NCBI GenBank assembly: GCA_043810925.1
Contig: JBDRNT010000023.1
Coordinates: 1-19,982, forward strand
Source of the DNA: Candidatus Eiseniibacteriota bacterium
GTDB lineage: Bacteria > Arandabacterota > Arandabacteria > Arandabacterales > Arandabacteraceae
Reading direction: 5' to 3'
DNA: 19,982 bases
Positions 9,058 to 16,042 of this stretch are shown here, piece after piece. Made by a program: the position numbers and the translations under genes. Below the pieces are notes generated by a model that worked only from the letters and a program-made list of their open reading frames with translations, was not told the origin of the DNA and searched no databases. The number at the start of each line of letters is the position of its first letter. The stretch's first letter is position 1.

Positions 9058-9073
9058 TGCAGATGTCGTGCCA
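9058..9073 (-). promoter_or_regulatory. Sigma54 (RpoN) -24/-12 promoter for the 8995 lipoprotein gene
   Basis: Minus strand TGGCACGACATCTGCA has correct GG-N10-GC spacing against the consensus TGGCAC-N5-TTGCW, about 60 nt upstream of the start. Confidence 0.75.
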
Positions 9074-9086
9074 CATGCTGATCGCG

Positions 9087-9099
9087 TAAGTAGTTGATG
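9087..9099 (-). promoter_or_regulatory. IHF-like site between the sigma54 promoter and the putative enhancer
   Basis: Minus strand CATCAACTACTTA matches 8 of the 9 specified positions of WATCAA-N4-TTR. Confidence 0.5.
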
Positions 9100-9135
9100 C
9101 TGCGGGAGATAATCTCCGACCGATATCTCGGGAGG

Positions 9136-9172
9136 TGTGGTTTAGAGGCACAGGTGTGGTTTCACATCGACA
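9136..9172. promoter_or_regulatory. Putative tandem enhancer-binding-protein sites (UAS)
   Basis: TGTGGTTTAGAGGCACA (9136-9152, TGT-N11-ACA) and an imperfect copy ending in ACA at 9172, 20 bp further on. AGGTGTGGTTT is directly repeated at 9133 and 9152. Confidence 0.5.
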
Positions 9173-9265
9173 CTTCGAGAGAAACGGCGCTCAGGAGAAA
9201 ACACCGCGTGCCCTTAGACTCACGGACACGCGGCGATGGTTGCCGGATTAGGACGGGCCGGCCGC

Positions 9266-9883
9266 TTAGAATGAATAGCCGAACTGCAAGGCCAGCGCGG
9301 TTGCGGCTCCTTGCTCTTCGATCTCCCATTCATAGGTGAAGCCCTCAATGGCGATCTCCGCATTATCGTACTGGATGATACTGTGAGTGAGATCGACGCC
9401 AAGGGAGAAATGGGGAGAGAAGAAGTACTTGAAACCTCCACCAAGCGCTATTCCTCCTCCCTTCACCCTCCAGCTGGCCGAGTCCACATCGATATGCAGA
9501 CTATTGCCTGAGAAACCACCCTTAAGATATGGCCGGAAGGCACGCTGGGGTGAGAACCGGTAGTACCCCAGGATCTGGACTATCTCGAACCGGGCGTCGA
9601 TGGCCTGGTCCGAGGTTTCGTGGTTTGCTCCACCGACACTCAGTTCAAGCATAAAGGTGGGATTGAACCTGTAACCAAAGTCTAGCAGTACGCCGCCGCC
9701 GTCTTCCTTTACGAAGAACTCGGCGTCGGGGTCGTTCTCTATATGCAGAGAAGACCCGGCGAATTTAAGCCCCAGGTAGAAGCCCTCGTCATCTTCGACG
9801 GTCTCAGCCGACGCTGCCGTCGTCAAGACTGCACATAGAAGGATAATCGCCGCGGATGAGATCAGGATTGCCTTGCAGTTCAT
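9266..9883 (-). CDS. Outer-membrane beta-barrel protein (8-stranded OmpA/OmpW-like transmembrane domain)
   Basis: Signal peptide ending AASA, amphipathic strands GFYLGLKFAG, FGYRFNP, FRPYLKGG, GGGFKYFFSPHFSLGVD, and C-terminal beta-signal QFGYSF. Confidence 0.88.
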   Translation of the reverse strand: MNCKAILISSAAIILLCAVLTTAASAETVEDDEGFYLGLKFAGSSLHIENDPDAEFFVKEDGGGVLLDFGYRFNPTFMLELSVGGANHETSDQAIDARFEIVQILGYYRFSPQRAFRPYLKGGFSGNSLHIDVDSASWRVKGGGIALGGGFKYFFSPHFSLGVDLTHSIIQYDNAEIAIEGFTYEWEIEEQGAATALALQFGYSF

Positions 9884-9943
9884 TGTTCACGCCCTTTCGT
9901 TACGGTTCCAGTGTCTGACCCGTGCTTGCAGCTATTCTATAGT

Positions 9944-9959
9944 TACAAGAACAGTGCCA
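9944..9959 (-). promoter_or_regulatory. Sigma54 -24/-12-like promoter for the beta-barrel gene
   Basis: Minus strand TGGCACTGTTCTTGTA has a perfect -24 box and N5 spacer, with TTGT instead of TTGC at -12. It lies about 60 nt upstream of the start, as the 9058 site does. Confidence 0.6.
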
Positions 9960-10069
9960 AAGCCGGCGTCTGATTTGCCGGTCCGTCCCGCTGGCGTAAC
10001 CGCTTGTCTTTGCTCTAATTACGTGCTCGGCCAATCCTTGGGCGTAGCGGCCCGCAGCACCCACACTCA

Positions 10070-10106
10070 TGTATGTGTAGTTCACAGGGTGTGGCAAGGA
10101 TTCACA
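10070..10106. promoter_or_regulatory. Putative tandem enhancer-binding-protein sites (UAS)
   Basis: TGTATGTGTAGTTCACA (10070-10086) and TGTGGCAAGGATTCACA (10090-10106) are both TGT-N11-ACA and 20 bp apart. The second overlaps the regulator's stop codon. Confidence 0.55.
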
Positions 10107-11532
10107 CTCCTCCCTTTTCGAGGCCGAGAGTCTTGATCTTCTTATGAAGGGCAGTTCTCTCCAGCCCCAGCTCCCCTGCAGCGCGCGTGACATTCCAGTC
10201 GTTTCGCTCAAGCGAGTTCAGAATCATCCTTCGTTCGAACTCTCTCCTTGCCTCTTGCAGAGGAAGAGAGCCGTTGCCGATCTCGCTCTCATGGGAGGGC
10301 ATCTGCCGGGTTTCGGGGCCCTGCCCCTCTTCCGTCCGTGCCGGTCCCTCTCCTGGGGTCGCCGCGACCCCGGATCGGATCTCACGGCTGAGATCCTCGA
10401 CATGGACGGTCCTTCCCGGCGACATGATGATGAGGCGTTCGACCTGGTTCCTCAACTCACGGACATTTCCGGGCCACCGGTATCTCTTAAGCAGGTCCAG
10501 AACTCTATCATCCAGCCTCTTCTCCGGCAGGCCGTTTTCAGTACAGTATGATTTCATGAAAGCACCGGCAAGAAAACCGACGTCCTCCGGATGCTCTCTA
10601 AGTGGCTTGGCCGCGATCGGAACCACGTTCAGCCTGAAGTAGAGATCCTCCCGGAAGCGGCCGGCCGCTATCTCCTCCTCGAGGTTCTTATTGGTGGCAG
10701 CCAGGACACGGACATCGACGGTGATGGTCCCGTCGCTTCCCACGCGCTCGATCTCGCCCTCCTGGATGGCCCGGAGCACCTTGGTCTGAACACGAAGGCT
10801 CATGTCGCCGACCTCATCCAGGAGTATGGTCCCGCCGTCGGCCGCCTGAAACTTGCCCTCGCGAGATGCGACCGAGCCTGTGAAGGCTCCCTTGACGCTT
10901 CCGAAGAGCTCCGCTTCGATAAGCTCTTCCGGGATGGCCGCGCAGTTCACCTTGATGAAGGGCTTCCCCGCCCTTTTGCTGCGTTTGTGAATCTCCTGGG
11001 CGATCAGTTCCTTGCCCGTACCGGACTCTCCCACGATCAAAACGCGGGCATCTGTCGGGGCGACCTTGTCAATCTGGCGCAGTGTCTCTTCGTGATCCTT
11101 GCTCTTGCCCAGAAACTCCTGCCTCCCGGCCACCTTGCCGCGGAGCAGCCGGTTTTCCCGGTCGAGCGCACCGTGTTCGAGGGCGTTCTTTGAGGTCAGA
11201 AGGATCCTCTCCTTGCTGCAGTCCTTCTCGAGGAAGTCGAATGCACCCAGCTTGGTCGCCTCCACCGCCTTCTCGACCGAGGCCTGGCCGGTGAGAATAA
11301 CCACTGTCTGGTCCGGCAGGCGCAGCTTGATGTCCTTTAGAACATCGATGCCGCCGCGGTCCGGCATGGCGAGGTCCAGATAGACAAGATCGAAGGACTC
11401 CTGCCCGAGAATCTCAATGGCCTCTGCTCCGCTCTCGGCGGAGGCGGTCCTCCATCCGGCATTCCTGTGGATCATCTCCATGGTTTTGCGGACATTGGGT
11501 TCGTCGTCTATTATCAGTACTCTTCCTGCCAT
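10102..11532 (-). CDS. Sigma54-dependent response regulator (REC-AAA+-Fis HTH; NtrC/NtrX family)
   Basis: LIIDDE and YLDLAMP receiver, Walker A GESGTGKE, ELFGSVKGAFTGS, Walker B LLDEV, FREDLYFRLNV, WPGNVREL, HTH NVTRAAGELGLERTALHKKIK. Confidence 0.96.
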   Translation of the reverse strand: MAGRVLIIDDEPNVRKTMEMIHRNAGWRTASAESGAEAIEILGQESFDLVYLDLAMPDRGGIDVLKDIKLRLPDQTVVILTGQASVEKAVEATKLGAFDFLEKDCSKERILLTSKNALEHGALDRENRLLRGKVAGRQEFLGKSKDHEETLRQIDKVAPTDARVLIVGESGTGKELIAQEIHKRSKRAGKPFIKVNCAAIPEELIEAELFGSVKGAFTGSVASREGKFQAADGGTILLDEVGDMSLRVQTKVLRAIQEGEIERVGSDGTITVDVRVLAATNKNLEEEIAAGRFREDLYFRLNVVPIAAKPLREHPEDVGFLAGAFMKSYCTENGLPEKRLDDRVLDLLKRYRWPGNVRELRNQVERLIIMSPGRTVHVEDLSREIRSGVAATPGEGPARTEEGQGPETRQMPSHESEIGNGSLPLQEARREFERRMILNSLERNDWNVTRAAGELGLERTALHKKIKTLGLEKGGV

Positions 11533-11562
11533 GCCGAGATACTCCTCCTTATGCCGTTCAGT

Positions 11563-13191
11563 CTATGCTTGAGATGGATCTTGGTCTCCCGGAACTCCGT
11601 GGTCTGATATGTCCCCCTCGCTCCCAGACCCTTGAGCCGGGCCCGCAGCCGGAAGTGTGATGATAAACGTGGCGCCCTCACCTTCGGGGCTCACTGTCTC
11701 GATGGTCCCCCCATGAAGAAGGATGATGCTTTTCACCATCGAGAGGCCGAGACCGGTCCCGGCGGTCTTCGTGGTGAAGTATGGATCGAAAATTCTGGAT
11801 ATGTTCTCGGCCTGGATGCCCGGCCCATTGTCGATGAACTTAAGAACGATGTTGTCACCCTCCGTCCCCATCCGGACCCGTATCTTCCCCTGTTCCCCGG
11901 GCGGCATTACGGAAAGCGAGTTATCGAACAAGTTAATGAGGACACGCCTCATCTGATCCGGATCGAAGATGGACTCCTGCGGATCCGCTCCAGCATCTAT
12001 GGCGATCTCGGCCTGTGGATAGAGCCTGGCCACATCCCGCACCAGGCGCTCCATCGATCCGGAGACCGGGGACAAGCCGGGCATTCTTGCGAATGCGGAG
12101 AACTCCTTCACGAGCCTCTGAAGGTGGGCAAGTTCATCCTCAACGACGCGCACTGAGTCCGACAGCATCTCCCGATAGGACTTATCCTCGCCCTTGTACT
12201 GGTCCCTCATCTCCTGCACGGTAAGCCTGATGGGAAGGATCGGGTTCTTGATCTCATGCGCCAGGTGCCGGCCCATCTCCCTCCAGGCCGCCATTTTCTC
12301 AAGATCAATGAGGCGGCGCCTTTGTGTGTCCAGGCGGCCGACCATGCGGTTAAAGCTGTCCACCAGGAGTCCGATCTCTCCACCGGACTTCTCCTTGAGC
12401 CGTATGCGCCAGTCACCGTCGGCCACAGCGGATGTTGCACCCGCAAGTCTTCTTAAGGGCCCCGCGAGGCGTTCGGACATGTAGAAGGCCAGCAAGAGTG
12501 AGATTACAAGCATCACCGCGTAAATGATGACAAAGGGATAAAAGAAGCTTCTATTTAGACGCCGCTGGGCAAGGCGGAGTTGCGCGAAGAGCTGGCGCCC
12601 CTCGAGCAGGTTCTCGGCCTGAGCCAAAAACTCCGGATCGGTCTTCTTATAGAGCAACCATGAGACATTCCCACCTTGCGGAGTCCAGAGCGCCAACTGG
12701 GCTGACCTGTCTTTGGTCTCAAAGTATGTAAGGCTGGGATCAGTGTTCAGAGGTCTTGTCCGCTCGACCACGGCCGCATCCTCGATGAGACCGGCTGAAA
12801 GCAAGCGTACCGAATGGCAGGCAAGCTCCGCAGGCAGGGGTGGATCGGTGTTCTTAAAGACCTTCAGGTGACCGGTATCGGTGACGAAGAAGCCGTCGAT
12901 TACCTGCGGCGTTGCGGGATCGGAGATGTAGGCCGCGACGCGGGATGAGTCGCCAATGTCTCCTGAGAACATCGCGGCCACCCGGCCGGTTTCTCTCTCG
13001 AAGGCGGCGTGCAATAACTCAAGGTGCTTTCTTGAGACGGTGATCCCGCTGTTTAAGGCATCCTCCATGGTCTCGCTAAGCCCCACATTGAAGCTCTTCT
13101 CCAGAAGATTGCTGACTAAGATCGACAGGGGAATTGCCGGCAGGAGCGCCACCACGATGCACATCCCGGCAAGACGATACCGGATCGACAT
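11563..13191 (-). CDS. NtrY-like membrane sensor histidine kinase (periplasmic domain, HAMP, HisKA, HATPase)
   Basis: Two TM helices, HAMP, AAWREMGRHLAHEIKNPILPIRL H-box, NLFDNS, DNGPGI, FDPYFTTK, GTGLGL. ATG at 13191 overlaps the upstream TGA (TGATG), so I prefer it to 13254. Confidence 0.93.
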   Translation of the reverse strand: MSIRYRLAGMCIVVALLPAIPLSILVSNLLEKSFNVGLSETMEDALNSGITVSRKHLELLHAAFERETGRVAAMFSGDIGDSSRVAAYISDPATPQVIDGFFVTDTGHLKVFKNTDPPLPAELACHSVRLLSAGLIEDAAVVERTRPLNTDPSLTYFETKDRSAQLALWTPQGGNVSWLLYKKTDPEFLAQAENLLEGRQLFAQLRLAQRRLNRSFFYPFVIIYAVMLVISLLLAFYMSERLAGPLRRLAGATSAVADGDWRIRLKEKSGGEIGLLVDSFNRMVGRLDTQRRRLIDLEKMAAWREMGRHLAHEIKNPILPIRLTVQEMRDQYKGEDKSYREMLSDSVRVVEDELAHLQRLVKEFSAFARMPGLSPVSGSMERLVRDVARLYPQAEIAIDAGADPQESIFDPDQMRRVLINLFDNSLSVMPPGEQGKIRVRMGTEGDNIVLKFIDNGPGIQAENISRIFDPYFTTKTAGTGLGLSMVKSIILLHGGTIETVSPEGEGATFIITLPAAGPAQGSGSEGDISDHGVPGDQDPSQA

Positions 13192-13886
13192 CACTCTTCC
13201 TCCTTGCCGCCGGCAGAAAGAAGTTGGGGCCTGAAACCCGCCGACTTGAACCATTCGCTCCTCATCATCGAATCATCGTCGCCCGAGAAGAACCGCTCGA
13301 TCAGTTCATTTATGTTAAGCACCTGCTCATGCCACGAACTCCCCTGGCTTTCCACGTTCTGCTTGACCCAGCCTTCCATCTCTTCCCTGTCGGTGCCCTT
13401 TATCGGGCTGACGGCAATGCTCATCTGAACGAAGTAAGTCCGCTCAGGGACCATCCTCTCCACGGGCACAAGCGAGATGCTCTTCATGTGCTCAATAATA
13501 GACCGCATCGCCTCCAGAGAAGGCAGAAGCAAGGTCGAGTCCGGTCCGGATATCGAATACACGTCGTCCCATACATCATACTTAAGCGAGTAGGAGCGCA
13601 CACCACCCTCGACGGAGCTCCCACCCGGCTCCACCAGGTGATAGAAAAACTCCACCACGGCGGGTAGCCCGCTCTGTACCGTCCCCGTGATCCGCTCCGA
13701 GAAGAGGCCTCTCGCCGTGATATCAGCCGTCAGATAACCGCCATCGACACATAACTCTACCCCGACAATGGTGGGACGCTCTTGGTCTCCGGCATAAGCC
13801 GCAACCGCGCTCACAAGACACACGGCAAACGCTAAGAGCATCATGCTTTTGACTGTCGCCACAAGTCCCACCTGTTTAACTTCCAA
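13191..13886 (-). CDS. DUF4390-like periplasmic protein
   Basis: Signal peptide, LFSERITGTVQSGLPAVVEF, LKYDVWDDVYSI and C-terminal RSEWF. It sits directly upstream of an NtrY-like kinase, the usual DUF4390 context. Start could be the ATG at 13844. Confidence 0.7.
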   Translation of the reverse strand: MEVKQVGLVATVKSMMLLAFAVCLVSAVAAYAGDQERPTIVGVELCVDGGYLTADITARGLFSERITGTVQSGLPAVVEFFYHLVEPGGSSVEGGVRSYSLKYDVWDDVYSISGPDSTLLLPSLEAMRSIIEHMKSISLVPVERMVPERTYFVQMSIAVSPIKGTDREEMEGWVKQNVESQGSSWHEQVLNINELIERFFSGDDDSMMRSEWFKSAGFRPQLLSAGGKEEE

Positions 13887-13901
13887 ACACCTGTTCAGCC
13901 G

Positions 13902-15431
13902 CTAGAACGAGAACCCCAATGAACCGTGAACCCGGAAATTCTCACCGGTCCTTCCTTCGCTGAGCGGTAGACCTACGTCGAATCCCAGCATTCCCAACCA
14001 CGGCAATCTCAACCTGACCCCATAGCCTATCGCCGCCTCCAGATTGTCGGGGCATGGATCATCGCGCTGCCACCCCATTCCGGTGTCGAGAAAGACCAGC
14101 CCTGCGAGACGGGGAGGATCCTCTATCGACGGGATCAGGGGAAAACGCAACTCGCAGCCCGCGAGCCAGTAGCCGTCATAGCCGGTGGCCGGCGAGAGGC
14201 TCAACTCCCTGAAGCCGCGAATGGAATATATGCCTCCAAGCGTGAATCGCTCATAATACGGAGTGCCTGATGATGCGACACCGGCGCTCAGCCTGCCTGA
14301 GAGCACACGGTCGCCGCCCAGGTCCAGGAGCTTTCGAGAATCGAAAACCATTTTCGTGAAGACCTGGTCACCGCCCAGGATTGTATTGTTGGCTTCAAGC
14401 GAGAAAAGCGCTGACGAACCCGAGCGGGGATAGATAACGTGGTCGCGGGTATCGCGTGTGACCCGCAGGAAGAGTCCCGTAATCACGGAGTTTTCGATAT
14501 CACCGGCCAAGGCTTCGGGAAAGTCCTCAAACTCCAGATCCATATCCCTTTCCACGTCAAGGAATGTGCTCTCGGGCTTCACCGATTCCGCCTGCACCCC
14601 GAATGAGAAGAGCATGCCACGATACCAGTGGAGAGCGGAAACCTCTCCCCCAACCCGCATGATCGTCTGCCTGAACTCATTCCATTCAGACCCGTCCCGG
14701 GAACACGACCCCGTGGCTCCGCAGCCGGCGTTCTCTGCGCAGGAACCTCCGAAGAAGCTGCGGTCCTCACTCTGGACATGGAATCTTGCATTGGCGCCCA
14801 GGCCCCCATCAAGGGGAGCCGGCTTCACCCATTCCGCGTCAAAGGAAGTCAGGTTTAAGCCCAGCCGGAAGCCTATTCTCAGCACGGAGTCGGTCTTGAA
14901 AAGTTGGTCGAAGCGCACGCCGGCAAGGGTCAAGAACCAGCCGTTCACGTCGTGATAGCCATAGCCGGTCTCGAATGAGATGGTCTTCTTCTCGACAATA
15001 TCGATCTCGAGGATGACGCTTCCGCGCTCCGAGCCGGGCCTGGTGAAGAGGCTCGCGCTTGAGAGGACGCTGTACGTATCGAGGAGCCTTAGGCGTTCAC
15101 GCTCGAGCACTTCGACATTGATCGTGTCACCCGGGGCCAGTTGAATCGTGCTGAGGACGGCCTCGTTTTTAAGGCGCTTGTTCCCCGAGATGAGGATCTT
15201 CTCAAGAAGGAGAGCTCGCTGAGAGAATGTCTCAGAGGATGCCGCGGCGTTTGCCGCAGAGGTACCCGCAAGCCCCAGCCCTGGCAGAACGAGGTCCACA
15301 GGCCCGGCAGAGAGAATGGCGGGCAGGAGGATAATGGCCGCCACCAGAACAGGGCCATTTCGCAACAGTCGCATCATGATAGTCCTAGAATTTGCAATTG
15401 CCGTGCCACCCTCCCGGAACCGCATAGCCAT
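13902..15431 (-). CDS. Omp85 family (BamA/TamA-like) outer-membrane protein with a single POTRA domain
   Basis: POTRA KILISGNKRLKNEAVL...ILEIDIVEK, barrel motifs RDTRDHVIYPRSG, ERFTLGGIYSIRGF (the L6 VRGF/Y lid motif), LVFLDTG, GYGVRLRLPWLGMLGFDVG, and C-terminal GFSF. Exact start uncertain. Confidence 0.9.
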   Translation of the reverse strand: MAMRFREGGTAIANSRTIMMRLLRNGPVLVAAIILLPAILSAGPVDLVLPGLGLAGTSAANAAASSETFSQRALLLEKILISGNKRLKNEAVLSTIQLAPGDTINVEVLERERLRLLDTYSVLSSASLFTRPGSERGSVILEIDIVEKKTISFETGYGYHDVNGWFLTLAGVRFDQLFKTDSVLRIGFRLGLNLTSFDAEWVKPAPLDGGLGANARFHVQSEDRSFFGGSCAENAGCGATGSCSRDGSEWNEFRQTIMRVGGEVSALHWYRGMLFSFGVQAESVKPESTFLDVERDMDLEFEDFPEALAGDIENSVITGLFLRVTRDTRDHVIYPRSGSSALFSLEANNTILGGDQVFTKMVFDSRKLLDLGGDRVLSGRLSAGVASSGTPYYERFTLGGIYSIRGFRELSLSPATGYDGYWLAGCELRFPLIPSIEDPPRLAGLVFLDTGMGWQRDDPCPDNLEAAIGYGVRLRLPWLGMLGFDVGLPLSEGRTGENFRVHGSLGFSF

Positions 15432-15855
15432 CCTAATCTATTGCCAGCAAAGAGAATAGACATATATGCCTCGCTCCATCAGGTCCCCATTATAGATCCA
15501 AGTGTGAAAAAAGTATACACCTTGATATCGGCATTCAGACAAGGGGATTGAAGCAGCAAAATCGGGGATCCGCACTGCTATCAGGAGCCTCTTCTGGCTA
15601 CATGATACGAGGTGACTTCGAAGCCAGGCGCTGACTGCTGATACTGCTGGGTACCACGATCGTCATCGAAGGAAGGAAGGTGAGGATTAGGGTCGCCCCA
15701 CCTCCCTCCTGTCCTTCTGGCGATGCTTCGAGCTGTCACGTTGTGTCCCAATCATCAAGATGTTATGGACGCAATACAGCTTTCCTGGAGTTTGAGCTGG
15801 TGACCACCCTGCCCTAAGTGGGATATCTACACCGAGGATGGTTGGCAGGAGTAAA

Positions 15856-15883
15856 CCCCAACCCCACAAGACGCCCCAACCCC
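15856..15883 (-). repeat. C4A2C4 direct repeat; four G4 tracts on the minus strand (potential G-quadruplex)
   Basis: Plus strand CCCCAACCCC-ACAAGACG-CCCCAACCCC; minus strand GGGGTTGGGGCGTCTTGTGGGGTTGGGG. Confidence 0.6.
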
Positions 15884-16042
15884 ATCGCTGCGCCAGGGGT
15901 CTACCTATTGACGGGCGAGAGCCCAGTACTATTGGATCCTGTTGAAGAGTCACCAAGTCTGTGGTATCCTTCGGTCCAGAAGCAGGGTGGTACTTGGCTT
16001 GCTGCTCAATTGGGTTTCATTATCAGCCGGGAGAAGCGAACA

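Noticed and set aside
15908-15932. TTGACG...TACTAT sigma70 promoter for the sulfatase
   Set aside because: Spacer is only 13 nt.
15818-16042. 75-codon N-terminal extension of the sulfatase ORF
   Set aside because: A clean signal peptide begins at ATG 16043 and the extension has no recognisable features.
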